From Moniliella sp. 'wahieum' (Eukaryota): a stretch of 64,000 bases of DNA. The position numbers and the translations under genes were made by a program. Where the stretch lies: positions 806,001 to 870,000 of the forward strand of contig RSEE01000002.1 of NCBI GenBank assembly GCA_003971905.1, given 5' to 3'. Positions 24,943 to 39,118 of the stretch are shown here, piece after piece (position 1 is the stretch's first letter; every line of letters begins with the position of its first letter). The notes beneath the pieces are model-generated. The model was not told where the DNA came from, made no database searches, and was given only the letters and a program-made list of their open reading frames with translations.

Positions 24943-25488
24943 ATGTGAGTGTTGTGGCAAGGCCCTTGGGCTAGCTACGTCTGCCCCCGTTTCTCGCCCT
25001 GACGGGTCGCTTGAGCCCGTGCTGACCGTTATTCCAGGGACTCGTACGATGCTGCTGAGGCGGCCGCCCTCAAGGCCCGCCGGACGTTCAAGAAGTCCTA
25101 CTACCGCGGGATTGAGCTCTCGAAGCTGCTCGACCTGAGCAACGAGGAGTTCATGGGCATTGTCCACGCCCGTGCGCGCCGTCGCTTCCAGCGCGGTCTT
25201 AAGCGTAAACCTATGGGTCTTATCAAGAAGCTTCGCAAGGCCAAGCAGGAGGCGCCTCCCAACGAGAAGCCTGCGCTTGTCAAGACGCACCTGCGCAACA
25301 TGATTGTCGTGCCCGAAATGATTGGCTCGGTGATTGGCATCTACACCGGCAAGGTCTTTGCCACGGTGGAGATCAAGCCTGAGATGGTGGCCCACTACCT
25401 TGGCGAGTTTGCTATGACCTACCTCCCCTCGGCACATGGACGTCCCGGTCTGGGCGCCCAGGCGGGCCGTTTCATTCCGCTCAAGTAA
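24943..25488 (+). CDS. RPS15: 40S ribosomal protein S15 (uS19); intron 24945-25037 splits the ATG
   Basis: AT|gtgagt..gctgac..ccag|G GAC gives [62 protein letters not shown]. Confidence 0.96.
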
Positions 25489-26490
25489 CTTGGCTCGAAT
25501 TTGCCTGTGGTTCTTTCCCTTGTCGGGCTCTTGTGCCCCACATGTTGAGCGGTTCCCGCGACGGGGCACTGTGATCGAGACCGAGAATGGCTCAAAACGG
25601 TGGTGATCCAAGCCACCCCATCTATGCATCTACTTCCCCCAGGCCGATTTGCTTGGTCTTGTTTTTTTGTGTTTAGAGACCCTTGTCTGTTGGTACTGAT
25701 GGTTGTGTTTCGTTTTGAGGTTGGGCTCTTAAGGGCGAGGAGAGCACTTATCTCTCTCAGGGCCTGGCTCCCGGGAGGCTTAGCCTGCCGCCTGCCCTGG
25801 TGGTGGGCGAGTCCCTTTGGTAGTGCAGGTGCCCGGTGCGTAGGGACCTTGTGGCCCCCGTGCATTCGCAAAGGCAGAGTCCTAGATCCAGCCCGTCTCT
25901 CATGCCGAGTCTGTATGGCTTGCAGAAGTGGGGCCCCTTTGTTGCCAGGTCCACGTGTGAGGTCCGTATGCGTTGGAATGCTATGAGTTTCTTAGGGGAC
26001 AACTACCGCCCTGCTGTGATCCTGTCGGAGTTGCCGACGATTGTAGAGAGCGAAGATGGTTCGGCTGTGACATGTGATGGCCGACGAAAAGAGAAGCGAG
26101 CGAACATACCGAATGCATCCCGAGAGCAGCCAGCCGCATTGACCAAGTTGGAAGACCACGAAAAAGAGCCGGAGTTGGCCCTTGCGCGGCTAACCTCACC
26201 GCGGCCGTGTCAAAGGCGAAGAAGGTGTGAGCCTGAGCGAGCGTAAACTGGTGGGGCCACGATCACTAATCCCTCTCAGCCTGGGAGGCAAATGAACGTT
26301 CAACTTGGGCCGCCACCCACACGCGATGGCCGAACCCTAGCAGCACGGGCGCAGTGTTGGGGACGCGTTCCTCTCGGCTCGCGTCGGGGCGCGTAGAGGA
26401 CGTCGCCCGCCCGGCGGCCAGAGCGCCTCTGCCGCGTCTAACCACCTGCGCTGCCTTCCCGCACCGCCCCCACCAAGCCGCCTGCCCACC

Positions 26491-29400
26491 ATGCCTCTCG
26501 TCCGTCTCGAGACGGAGAACTTCAAGAGCTACCGCGGCAAGCAGGTCATCGGCCCCTTCTACTCCTTCAGCTGTGTCATTGGCCCCAATGGCAGCGGCAA
26601 GTCCAACCTCATGGACGCCATCTCCTTCGTCTTGGGCGTCAAGAGCCAACAGCTGCGCTCCAGCCAGCTCCGCGATCTCATTTATCGCGGTCGCCGCGAC
26701 GAGGACGACGATGGGTCCGACGACGACCAGGCTGACGCTCCGCGCGGCCAGGATCTGGCCAGCGCGCCTCGGTCAAGGCCATTTACCGCGATGGACGCGG
26801 CGCCGAGCATGAGTTCATGCGCACGTACGTACCTCCCCCCCCCCATCTCTTTCATGGCTGACCCTCTGTTGGCTACCTAGTATTTACCTCAGTGGGGGCA
26901 GCGAATACCGTCTGAACGGGCGTGTCACTTCCTACGCCCAGTACAACGCCAAGCTCATGCAGTTTAACATCCTCGTCAAGGCCAAGAATTTCCTCGTGTT
27001 CCAAGGCGACGTGGAAGCGGTTGCCTCTCAAAGCGCCAAAGACCTCAGCAAGTTGGTGGACCAATCAGTGGCTCCCTCGATCTACGCGAGGAGTACGAAG
27101 AAGCCAAGGTTGCCATGGACAAGGCGACCGAAAACTCCACCTTTGCCTTCAACAAGCGTCGCGGCATCAACTCGGAAATCAAGCAATTCCGTGAGCAGAA
27201 GAGCGAAGCAGAGCGCTACGAAGCACTTCTTGATGCCAAAGACGACCTTGTCCGCCAGCACTTGTTGTGGAAGCTCTTTCATATCGACCGGGACGTCAAC
27301 CGCCAAACGGAGACAATTGAGAATTTGAGCGCGCAACTTGCTGAACTCCAAGACCGGGCCGGTGACGAGAACAGAGTGTTATCGCCGCTCGTACAGCCGC
27401 AGGTCGTGTTCAGCGCGACATTCTGGCGCAAGAGACTGCCATCAAGCGACCCAGGCGGAGCTGAGCGAAGCGCAACCGCGACTGGAAGCGGTCGAAACGA
27501 GGATTGAATATTCGCGCCGCGCCATTGAGAATTCCGAACACGTGCGTGACCGCGTTGAAGCTGATCTGGTCAAGCATAAGGACAAGGTTACCAAACTCAG
27601 GCGGATCGCGCGACGGCTCAGGCCGCTGCTGCCACTGCAGAGGCCCGCCGTCAGGCTGCCGCAGAGGCTGCCGGTCTGGCGCTCAACGAGCAAGATCATG
27701 CCGAGTACCTCGAGCTCAAGGCCATTGCCGAAGGCCGGGCCATGCCTGAGCGGCAACAGTTTGCTACCATGGAGCGCTCGCTTCGTGCCGCAACAGAAGC
27801 GATTCGTAGCTTGGAAGACAAAGCCGCTTTGCTCACAAGCCAGCGGGAGCGTCTCCAAGAGGAACAAGATCGTCTACGTCCCCTTCGGTCCGATGCCGAG
27901 GCGCGGCTTTCCCAATTGGATGCTAACCTGGCCCGCACCCGGGCCGAGGCTGAGCAACTTCGCACAGCGCGCGAGGAGATTCGTTCAAGGGAACGCGTGT
28001 TGCAGCAATCTCTTCAGGAGACGCTCAACCGCCTCCTTCAGGCTCAGCGAGACCAGCGAGAATCGGATCGGGCGGTACGGATGCGGGAGACCATCTCGAC
28101 GCTTACACGTCTTTTCCCTGGCGTGCGGGGGCGCATCATTGACTTGTGCGAGCCTACACAAGCCAAGTATGGAACGGCCATCTCGACCGTGCTGGGACGC
28201 AACGCCGACGCGATCGTGGTGGATCACGAGAAAACAGCTATCGATTGTATTGAGTACATGCGCAACCAGCGTGTGGGACAAGCCACCTTTATCCCGCTGG
28301 ATACGATCCAAGTCAAGCCCATCAATGACCGTTTGCGCAGCTTGGTCAAAGGTGCTCGCCTAGCCATCGATGTGATGCGGTTCCCCGGTGCTGTTCTGCG
28401 TGCTGTCCAGCATGCATGTGGGAATGCTCTCGTATGTGATACGATGGCAATTGCCCGGAAAGTGGCGTACGAGCATCGCCAAGAGGGCAAGGCGGTCACC
28501 CTCGAGGGCACCATCATTCACAAAAGTGGTCTCATCACGGGTGGGCAAGACCGCCAGGCCCCTACCCGGCGATGGGACGAGAAGGAACTGATGGCGCTTC
28601 AGCGACAAAAAGAGCGGCGCACGCAGAGCTCAAGGAGCTGCAAAAGCGCAAGGTTGCTCTCGGGATGACAGCACCATCACAGGGCAAATTAATACGATCG
28701 AGGCTGACATGGCCGGTGTGCGAGACGAACTGCGCGCCTTGGAAAGCAAGTTCTGACCTGGCGGAGGAGGAATCAATGGCTGCAGCCCAGATGGAGCAGG
28801 TTTCCCCTCAACTGGAGGAAGCGCGGGCAGCCGTGGCTGCCGAGGAAGCTCGGACGAGCGGGCTGCGGGCGACGATTGCCGCGGCTGAGGACGATGTGTT
28901 TGGGGAATTCTGCGAGCGCATTGGGGTTCCTCACATCCGTGCCTACGAAGAACGTCAAGTTCGCCTGCTCGAAGCCCAGGCGGCTGCCGTCTTCAGTCCG
29001 AGACTCACGTCAAGCACATCACGCACCAGCTCAACTTTGAACTGCAGACGGTGACGGGCGTGGAGGAACGGTTGCGGACGTTGGCACGATCGATCGAGAA
29101 GGAACGTACTAAGATGGAAGCTGCTCAAGTCCAGCGGGACGCGACCCTGTCCGAGGTAGAGGACCTGCGAAACCAGAGCCAGGCTGCGGCCAACCGCCTC
29201 ACACAGCTCCAGGCGGAACACGACGAGGCCAAACAAGCCCTGTCAGCGGCGAAGCGAAGCGCTTCTCAGGCAATCCGGGCACTTGATAGCGCCCATCGTC
29301 AAATCGCCGCGTGCAACGACACGATCGTGCGTCTGGGCTCGGAACGCCTTGAGGTCTACCGCCGCTGCCGCCTTGAGGTGGTGGACTTGCCCTTGAGCCG

Positions 29401-30235
29401 GGGCGACTTGGCCAGCGTGCCCCTGATGAACGCAGCAGACGAGGACGAGCAATGGACGTGGACCAAGACTCGACCGCGCCGGTCCACATTCGCGATTATG
29501 GTATTCGAGTCGTATATGACGATTTGACCGACGAAGAAAAGCGTGATGGCTCTGAGCAGATGGAGCAGACCTTTTCCGAACGGATCGAGGAGGCAACCTC
29601 GGAAATTGACCGTATGGTGCCCAACATGAAGGCCAACGAGCGTCTGGGAGACACGGAGACCAAATTGGCTCAAACCGAACAAGAGTTTGAGCGCTCGCGC
29701 CGAGAGGCCAGAAGGCTAGGGACGAGTTTGCGCGCATCAAACGGAGGAGATGCGACTGTTCAATTGCGCCTACCGTCACATTTCGGAACGAATCGATCCG
29801 ATCTACAAGGAGCTCACCAAGGGACGGGCCGCCCCCATGGGTGGGATTGCTTACCTGTCATTGGAAGATACGGAGGAACCCTACCTTAGCGGGATCAAGT
29901 ACCATGCCATGCCGCCCATGAAGCGTTTCCGGGACATGGACCAGTTGAGTGGCGGTGAGAAGACGATGGCCGCCCTTGCTCTCTTGTTTGCCATCCACTC
30001 TTACCAACCCGCGCCGTTCTTTGTGTTGGACGAGGTGGATGCGGCGCTGGATTCGCAAAACGTGGCCAAGGTTAGCGATTATATTCGGCAGCATGCCAAT
30101 GATGCTTTCCAGTTCATCGTCATTTCGCTCAAGGCGTCGTTGTACGAACGTTCTCAGGCACTTGTCGGCATTTACCGCGACCAGGCCGTCAATTCGTCGG
30201 CGACCTTGACGCTCAATTTGGAGAGTTATGCCTAG
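26491..30235 (+). CDS. SMC1: Cohesin subunit SMC1 (intron 26825-26880; frameshifts)
   Basis: ENFKSY, Walker [37 protein letters not shown], hinge [19 protein letters not shown], signature [29 protein letters not shown]. Confidence 0.97.
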
Positions 30236-30464
30236 CTCTTCTCTCTCCTGTTTTGTGGCTGTGGCTTCCAAGTGCTCCCTCTCCTTGACCAAAATTTGGG
30301 CGCTTCTGTTGTGTGTTTGATCCCTGTTTCTCTTTTTCTCCTGGCTCTGAATGAGTCAGGCTCGATATACACCTGAGATGTTCACTAAACCATAGGGCGG
30401 GCAACCTATTCGATTCGCGTTGCATAGGCTAGGGTATCTCAGTAGAAAAGAGACCTACATAACG

Positions 30465-31360
30465 TCATAACGTCTCGGCCTCCTCGACTCGTCGCTGCTG
30501 CGCCTCGAGCTGGGTGACCTGCCGTTCCATCGCGTACAGCGCTTGGTCCCACTCGACACACAACTCGCTCACCGTATCCACATACTGGCCATACGACGCC
30601 AAGAGGGAGTTCATCTCTTGTTCCAACTCGACCGAGTCGGCCCGGAGGCCCGCCAGGACGTCCGTGTCCAACTGCGCGAGCCGGCGTGCCAGGTCTCCAG
30701 CACTTGCTCTGTCGTATGCGGCCGGGCATCGACGCCATCCAGCGAGTCGGAGGAAGGCATTCCTTGCTCGGCTGGCGCCGCCGCGGACCGAGCGGCCCGG
30801 GGGCGCGTAGGCTCCGAGCCGGAGCGGGTACGCGGAGGGTAAGTACGTCGCGCTTGTCCAACAAACTGCACTCTTCCAATTGACGCGCCACCTCCTTCCA
30901 TTGCGGCAACATTTCCACCAGCAGACTCAGTTGGGCCTCTGTGGGCGGCGCGGGCGCAGACGTGTCCTCGTCGGGCACATGGCCCGACAAGACAAACTCG
31001 GGAGAGAGGTAGGCTTGGTCGCGTGCGTCTGGAGCATGGGCCGGGGGTGCGTCAGAGCCTGCGGCCTGGCAGTGCGTGAGAAGAAGGAGGAGTGAGGGGC
31101 AGACGTACAGTTGGCCAGAAGGCACTGAGAACGGGTCCTGCTGGGCCCGCTCCCACAGTAGCGCGCTGGCTTGGGCTGCGGGCAACGAGGGTGGGGGTAG
31201 CGGTGGCGGTGTCGGTGTCGGTGGGCGCGGTGGGAGGCGGAGGAGGGGCGGGGGGGCGGGGGGGGCCGTGGACAAATGCGTGGAGCGCGCGCTGGCGCAG
31301 GAGGAGTGCGTGGAGCGGGTCGATGGGCTGCGGGAGCGCGGCAGAGGCGGCGGTGTCCAT
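30465..31360 (-). CDS. Probable dynactin subunit 3 (p22/p24, ro10-like); intron about 31066-31108
   Basis: TEAQLSLLVEMLPQWKEVARQLEEC and a coiled-coil C-terminus LEQEMNSLLASYGQYVDTVSELCVEWDQAL..ME.QV..LE resemble fungal DCTN3 homologues. Confidence 0.55.
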
Positions 31361-31847
31361 GGCGAGGCGGAGGGCCAATCAGGTGGCCTCGGCCAGTGCG
31401 GTTGCCAAAGGGAGGTGCAAACCATACCGACCAGAGCGAGCGGAGTGCGCCACGCGGGCTTACGTACGCCGTCGGCAGCCGGCCCTTTCAAATGTCACGG
31501 GCACGTGACGTGTGAGGCATCCCGACGGATCGGCCAGGCACAAATGAAAGTTGATTAATTGTTGATTCATGCATCATGCATCATGGGAATCGATTGGTCA
31601 TTGCGATCGATCACCGGCGGAGGGTACTTGCTGCTCAGATCGCTCAGACAAACATCATGCATCCTGCACATCACAGCGTAGGTTCGTTCAGCAACGTTGT
31701 GGCTACGCAGTGTGGGCACGTACCAGACTACCACGTTCATACGCTGAGCCACCAGGCTACTGTGGTCACTGGTGCGGCAGCAAGCTCCAAGCGGCAAGCG
31801 TCTGATTTTTCCTGCGCTTCACCACCACCACCCCCTCGTGCGCTGCC

Positions 31848-33306
31848 ATGACGGCCCCTGACACCCGCCCGTCGTCCCGCTCGTCATCCGCCAACGACGT
31901 CTTTGTCGACGCCCGCTCCGGCGCCCCGACGCCCACGCCCATCGGCCCACCGCGCGCCTCCGAGGGCGCCGCCACCCTCGTTGATCCCACCCCGCCCAGC
32001 CAACGTTGCAGATCCCACCTCCAAATAGCGCCTCCAACAACACGCCCCAGCCTACCTTGGCCGCCCCTCTGCCCTCGGCGCCAACCTCTCCCAGTGCTGC
32101 CGCCTCAGATGTAGAGAAGGAGCAGCAGCCCCCACATCCCGTCTTTGACGAGGGTGCTCCCCGCCGTGGTGTGCCCAAGCGACCTGAAGAGTATGGCCTC
32201 AAACCAAGAAGCTTGCCTTTGGCGCGCCCTTCCCCGACAGTGGCACCATTAACCCAGTCAAGCCCTCCTGGTGGCAGATGTGGCGCATCCCAGGACCGCT
32301 GAGCCTCCACACCGCCAAGGTTGGTACTTGCTTATCTTTCACATCATTGGTGCCATCTTCATCTCGGCCGGTGCCAACTTTGGGATCGCCTGCGCCATGT
32401 ATCGTAAAAACTCAGATAACAACATCACTATGTGGAAACTCAAAGACAACACAATTGCCGGTGACATGGCAGTTACCATCCTCATTCAGGGCACTGTCAC
32501 CTATGTCATTACCTCCACCATGGTCCATCGCGACGTGTATAAGGGTGTGGTGGCTCCTCTGAGCCGGCCTTGGCCTTACTTGTTGCATCTTCCTTCCACT
32601 CCCAGCCCCAAGGCACCAAGTTCCTGGGCACCCGCTTGCCCTCCCAGGTGCCGGCGGGACAGACCCTGCCCATGGGCCCACTTGTCACCTCCGAAACGGG
32701 CTGGTTCAAAGCATTTTGCCTTTGGTTCGTTCGTTTCATCTTCTGTGGTACCGAGCGCAACGATATCCTTGCTCCTTCCATCAGCTTTGGCCAACGCTGT
32801 CAGCGTTTCCTTTGGACCATTGTTCAGGGCCTTGGCATTTCGGCGTGGTGGTCTGGGCCCCTTTCTGGGGCATTTCCCTTGCATTGTCGCGCCCATCTGG
32901 ACTGGCCACCAAATGGCCCACACCTGGGTCGGCCCAGCGATCAAGTGCACCTACGGTGGCATTCTTGCACTTGTCATTAACCCTTTTATATGTCTCATGG
33001 CCATGGGCCGAGTACAACGTCAAGCGTGCCTACCCGGAGCTACCATTGTGGGAAGAGGACGAGTTGGCCCCAATCAATCGTCAAATGGCAGAGGCAGAAT
33101 CCACCGGATACTCTAGAGACGAGCTGAGCCATCAGTCATCGCCCATACCTGAAGGCCCTTGGTTCTTATTTCCTTTCGCCGCTATATCTTTTTCATCAGA
33201 GGGCGAATCCACCTCATGGACATCATTATCAAGCCTCCTTTTTCGGCCAGGAAGGCTGACCCCTTCGTTTCCACCTTATCGCTATCGGCCCGACGTGGTC
33301 TCATGA
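31848..33306 (+). CDS. Conserved fungal multi-pass membrane protein of unknown function (frameshifted; 3' end uncertain, 33116 or 33306)
   Basis: S/P-rich N-terminus, then hydrophobic segments WYLLIFHIIGAIFISAGANFGIACAMY, IAGDMAVTILIQGTVTYVITS, KCTYGGILALVINPFICLMAMG. Confidence 0.65.
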
Positions 33307-34043
33307 GTTTGGGCGTGCTTGCCAGGCTGCCTTTCTTCTCTGTCTTTTTAATGTACTAGTCTTTTGATAATGTACTAGTTTGGTAGCTCTGTTCGTATCG
33401 CCTCTGTTTGAAGCTCATTTTTGGACACGTGCAACATGCACAGAAAGACCTTCATCTTGGTCGGTATGTACTCAAACGCTGAGCGGATCGCCGAGTGCAT
33501 GCTACTTCATGCGATTGGTACATCTATAGACGAGATATGCTATGTCTCGGGTGTGGATACCAAGAACCGCATTGGCAAAAGCAAGTTTTGCGAATGCGTC
33601 TCTCAGCGCAATCGTCAACTCTGTCCTCGTGAGGGCACCCACCCTTCATCCATATAGCGTCTCAAGCTGGACAAGTCAAATTTGCTTAACACTCCGTTCG
33701 GCCGCATGGCCGACCACAACTTACGAACAGGATGTTGAGAGTTAAATATGCTTCCGAGCGATCGGCTACAGAGATGGTGGGGATGGAGCGGGGGTGTTTC
33801 TGCCTAGCTGGAACCGGCCTAGAAGAAGAGGAGGATGCAATTGCCGCCTTTCCATGTCCTTGGACGGGACATGTGAGCTTCATCACGTGATGCGGCACTC
33901 CTACAATACTTATGTCAGCGGCAGTGCGGAGAGGGCGAGCGGAATGCAAGCCGGCGCGGAATGACAGACAAATTTGAGCTTGACCGAACACATTGCTCTC
34001 AAGTACAACGCCGTGGCCTTTTTTTCCCTTCACCATCTCCGGC

Positions 34044-37000
34044 ATGGACCCCGAGCTCTTCGACTTCTCCGCGCCGCCTAAACCGGCCGAGGTCTACCCT
34101 CGTCCAGCGCGAAGGGAAAACGTCCCGCATCCCAGGAGCCGGACGACAGCCTTCCCTCCAAATCAGCCCGTCGCGACAGCTCTGACGATGGTCAGTCTGA
34201 CGAGGGCGACGATGGCGCTCTCCCCCCGACGCCCAAGCGGCACTAGAAGCCGAAAAAAAGGTCGACGATGCTGTCATTGCCGAGAACAAACGCAATGCCG
34301 ACGATGGCGCCCAAGGGATGGAAGCTGAGGCACCCGAAAACGCAGCATCACGGTGACCGACGACTTCACTGCCGAATCGATCCAAAACATCGCTGCTGCT
34401 TCGGCCGCTTCGGGCGCAGCAGCTGGATCCACTGCCCCCCCTCTTTCCACCCCCGATAGTACCGAGGCTACCACACTTACTACTGGAGAGGGAAAGGCTG
34501 CCGGCAAAGTGCAGCTGCGCCACTCGGTACGGCACCAAGTCGCGGTCCCAGCCGGGGTAGCCTACACCCCTCTTGCCGCCCATGTGCCCCCCAAGGAGCC
34601 AGCCAAGGTGTACCCATTCACGCTTGACCCATTCCAACAAACTTCCGTGTACTGTATCCAGAGGAACGAGTCGGTTCTCGTATCTGCCCATACGTCGGCT
34701 GGTAAGACGGTGGTGGCTGAGTACGCCATTGCCCACTGCCTCAAAGCCAAGCAGCGTGTAGTCTACACTTCGCCCATCAAGGCCCTATCCAACCAAAAGT
34801 ACCGTGAACTCACTGCGGTTCGGAGATGTGGGCCTCATGACGGGAGATGTCACGATCAACCCAAGTGCAAGTTGTCTCGTAATGACGACCGAGGTACGTC
34901 CCCCCCGTCTCCCCCCGTTCCCCTTACGTGCCCCAACCAGCTGCTGACTCTCTCTTACAGATTCTGCGTTCAATGCTTTACCGTGGTTCAGAGATCATGC
35001 GCGAGGTAGCTTGGGTGATCTTTGACGAGATTCATTATATGCGCGACAAGGACCGTGGCGTGGTCTGGGAAGAGACGATTATTCTCCTGCCAAGGCAAGT
35101 CCGTTACGTCTTTCTCTCGGCAACGATTCCCAACGCGATGCAATTTGCCGAGTGGATTGCGCAAACCCACCAGCAGTCGTGCCATGTTGTCTACACCAAT
35201 TTCCGTCCCACCCCCCTTCAGCACTACCTCTACCCTCAGTCCGCCGAGGGAATTTACCTTGTCGTCGATGAAAAGGGCACCTTCCGCGATGAGAACTTTC
35301 AAAAAGCCATGGGCGCTCTCAAGGCCAGCGGCGGCGAAGACCCGAGCGCAGTGACCTCGGGTGCGGGCAAGCGCAAGGGCCAAACCAAGAAGGGCAAGAA
35401 CGAGAACGAGGATGGCCAGTCAGACATTTACAAAATCGTCAAGATGATCATGGTCAAGAACTACAACCCGGTGATTGTTTTTGCGTTTAGCAAGCGTGAG
35501 TGCGAAGCGCTGGCCATGCAGATGAGCAAGCTTGAGTTCAACACGGACGAGGAACGCGACACGGTGAGCACCGTTTTCAACAATGCGATCAGTGTCCTGG
35601 CTCCTGAGGACCAGGAATTGCCCCAGATCAAACACATTCTCCCCCTTCTTCAGCGCGGCATTGGTATCCATCACGGTGGGCTTCTCCCTATTCTCAAGGA
35701 AGTCATTGAGATTTTGTTCCAAGAGGGTTTGCTCAAGGTTCTTTTCGCCACCGAGACTTTCTCCATCGGCCTGAATATGCCGGCCAAGACGGTGGTATTC
35801 ACTAGTGTGCGCAAGTGGGATGGGACTACGTTCCGCAACCTTTCGTCCGGCGAGTTTATTCAAATGTCCGGTCGGGCCGGCCGTCGTGGACTGGATGACC
35901 GTGGTATTGTGATTATGATGTTTGATGAGCAACTGGAACCGGACGATGCCAAGCAAATGATTCGGGGGCAGGCGGACCGGCTCGACTCGGCGTTCCACTT
36001 GGGGTACAACATGGTTCTTAATCTGATGCGCGTCGAGGGAATCAGTCCCGAGTACATGTTGGAGCGGTTTTTACCAGTTCCAACAAGCCGCCTCCATCCC
36101 TGGTCTTGAGCGGGAGCGCGATGCGGCCGAGACCACGGCCAAGGCCATTGTTGTTAAGCACGAACCCATTCTGGCCGATTTGGAAGCCGTGCGCAAACAG
36201 CTGCAGCTGTTGGAGAGTGATTACTTTGCTGCCACTACCCACCCATCTTATGCGCTTCCTTTTATTCAGTCTGGACGCCTTGTACGGGTTCAGCATGGCG
36301 AAGAGGACTTTGGCTGGGGCATCGTCGTTGAGTTCCAAAAACGCCAGCCTCCGCGTAGTAAGGAAGCAGCTGCGGAATTTGAGCGTGCCCAACAAGATCC
36401 TCTGCATGCGGCTGAGGGATACATTGTCGACGTGCTTTTGGTGGTGGCGCCTCCCGAGCCTGGTTCGGACGCTGTCCGTTATGGCAAGGCGCGTTCCATC
36501 CTTGGGCTACCCCCTCCGCCTGGCCCTCCACGGCCCAACGCTGCACCACCCATGCACCCAGTCGGCAAGGGCGGGGAAGGGGAGATGATCGTCGTGCCCG
36601 TGCTCTTGTCTTGTATCCGGGACTTGACGGGGGTTCGAATCGTGATGCTGGATGTGCGTTCGCAGGAAAAGCGGGCGCAGATGCGCAAGAATTTGGCCGA
36701 AGTCCAGCGGCGCGTCAAGGGAAACCCACCCCGTCTGGACCCTGTCAAGGACATGAAGATCAAGGACGATGCGTTCAAGACGTTGCTCAAAAAATGGAAT
36801 TGCTGCGCAAGCGCAGTAAAGAGCTGACTACTTCGCTCGAAGAGGCAGTTTCCAAAGACCTGGTGGTGAAGAAAGAAGGTAAGAAGGGGAAGAAGGTTGT
36901 CTCCACCGACAAGAGTAGCACGCACAAACAGGTTGCGGCTCTCGAGGCTGAATACGCTGCCAAGCTTGATGCATTTGCGCGCGCCGAGGCGTTGGCGGCC

Positions 37001-37624
37001 AAATTGGCTGCGGCGCGCAATGTCCTTCAGCTGGACGAGCTCAAGTCGCGTAAGCGTGTTCTCCGTCGTTTGGGCTTTGTGTCGGAGGCAGACGTCGTAC
37101 TGCAAAAGGGACGAGTTGCATGCGAGATCTCTACGGGAGACGAGCTGTTGCTTACGGAACTCATTTTCTCGGGCGTTTTCAACACGCTGGATCCAGCCTC
37201 ATGCGCCGCTCTTGCCTCCACCTTTGTCTTCCAAGAGAAGAGCGAGACACCCGCGCAGATCCCAGAAGCGCTAGTGCAGCCTCTCCAGGCGCTGCAGGAC
37301 ACGGCACGGAGGATCGCACGTGTAGCGCGGGAGAGTCGATTGGACATTAAGGAGGACGACTATGTGCGTTCCTTCAAGGTGGAACTCATCCAGCCTGTGT
37401 TGCTATGGTGCAGTGGTAAGAACTTTGCCGAGCTCATCAAGCTCACTGATGTTTTTGAGGGTACCATCATCCGCACATTCCGCCGTCTACAAGAACTTTT
37501 GCGCCAACTTGTCGATGCCGCGAAAGCCATCGGGAACGAGGAGTTAGAACACCGGTTCAAGGCCGCCTTGGAATTGCTCGAGCGCCCCAACAGCATCATC
37601 TTCTCCCCATCGCTGTATCTCTGA
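34044..37624 (+). CDS. MTR4: Exosome/TRAMP RNA helicase Mtr4 (Dob1); intron 34894-34960
   Basis: [102 protein letters not shown]. Confidence 0.97.
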
Positions 37625-38499
37625 GCTCCTCCCACATTGTGGCAATTCATTTTTCCCAGAGACGTTAATTGCTTGTCTACAACCGATGCGAAGTGGATAC
37701 GAATAGGGATGCCGAGTACTGGGCACTAAGTGCTAAGTGCCGTTCACACGGTGCATCACGATTTAGGAAGATGATCGATAATCGATGATCGATGACGATC
37801 GAGATGGGTCGAAGTGGTGTGAGCATGTGAGGCAAAGAAGAAAAAATAAGGGAAGCTTGAAGTTTGAGACTTCAACGTGAAGTCTGAAGAAAGATCTGAA
37901 GGTGATATGGGGACAGGGACATGCAAGACAGAGGCAATCGGTTAAATAGCGAGAGTGGAAGGTATCCAATGTGTAACCCTTTTTATTGTGTACCGGCGGG
38001 CGCTCTCGAAGGCGGAGGCTAGAGAGGCTTGGGGCTTGTGTTTTGCTATCCAATCACATGCATCACACGCCACACCCTCGCTGAAGAGGAAGAAGAGGCA
38101 GTACCCCGCAGTATCCGGCAGTGCCAAAGGGACACCCAACAATTAACAACGCCGGCACGCATATCCTGTTCGCACAATAAGGTTTGTGGCTATCTTCCGA
38201 GCGCTCCGACATGCTGTCGATCGATAGATGGCTTGGGCTCGCACAAGACCAATGCACTTATGTGATCTCGTTCGAGCCAATTTGAGGATCGGAACGAAGG
38301 CGCCCGCAGGGTGACCGGTGACATGGTGACACGTGACATGTGACATGTTAACACGAAATGTGAGATCATGAGATATGGTATACGAGGAGACCACCGGGCC
38401 TACGGCCCGGTCAGCTGGGGCTTCGCCCCAGCTTGATGCTGCGTCGCCACCTTAGCCACCGTTCCCCCTTCGCCACCGTAGCCACCGTTCCCCCGGTCC

Positions 38500-39118
38500 A
38501 CCGTTCCACGCTGGAACCCTTCCACGCTGGAGAGACAAAATAATATCACCGATGCTTGCTGGTGGCTGGGACGGGTGGCTGCGCCACCCGGTGGCTTACG
38601 CGATGCTGACCTAAACTGTTGGACAGTAGTGGCACAGCCGTTATGGGACGAGGCGCGGGCCGAGGGCACAGCGCACCGACTACCGCGTGATGGGGCCTGG
38701 AGCACTGGGAGGATCAGGAATGGAGGTCGACCACACGCTGCGCGATACGGGATCTCTGGAGGCGCAGAGCGCGTACTGGAGGGTGGTGCATGAGAGCACC
38801 GCAACCCCCTTGGAACGCCGGGAGAAGGAGCTGCTTCGGCTGCTTGAACAAGCAGAATGCGACAAACGCCAAGTACCAGGGACGCACTCAAGAGCCGTTT
38901 TCCCCCTGGTTTTGACGACGCGAGGGTACTACGGCACCAAGACAGCGGGCAAGTTGTTTGCGCATTGGAAGGAGTTGGCTACTAAGTCTCAGTGGAAATG
39001 GTTCCTCGCTCGGATGTCAACCACGTTCATCCATGTCCACACGCGCTTCCTAGGGTACGGGACCGGATGGCGAGAACCGGAGGGTCCTGATATCCTGGCG
39101 ATCCCCCTGGTTCCTTGA
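38500..39118 (+). mobile_element. 3' fragment of a non-LTR retrotransposon with restriction-like endonuclease (CRE/Cnl1-like)
   Basis: RTDYRVMGPGALGGSGMEVDHT ... LERREKE ... VFPLVLTTRG..G.KT..LFAHWK ... W.WFLARMS matches the R..D / D / K / F.PLV..GG layout of RLE domains. No RT is visible upstream. Confidence 0.6.

Noticed and set aside
19351..37624. Numerous frameshifts in CHC1, SMC1 and MTR4 (also PRP4, GPX, MET10) suggesting pseudogenes or programmed frameshifting
   Set aside because: They affect essential genes uniformly, are single-base indels often in homopolymers, and motifs are otherwise intact. This is typical of long-read consensus error.
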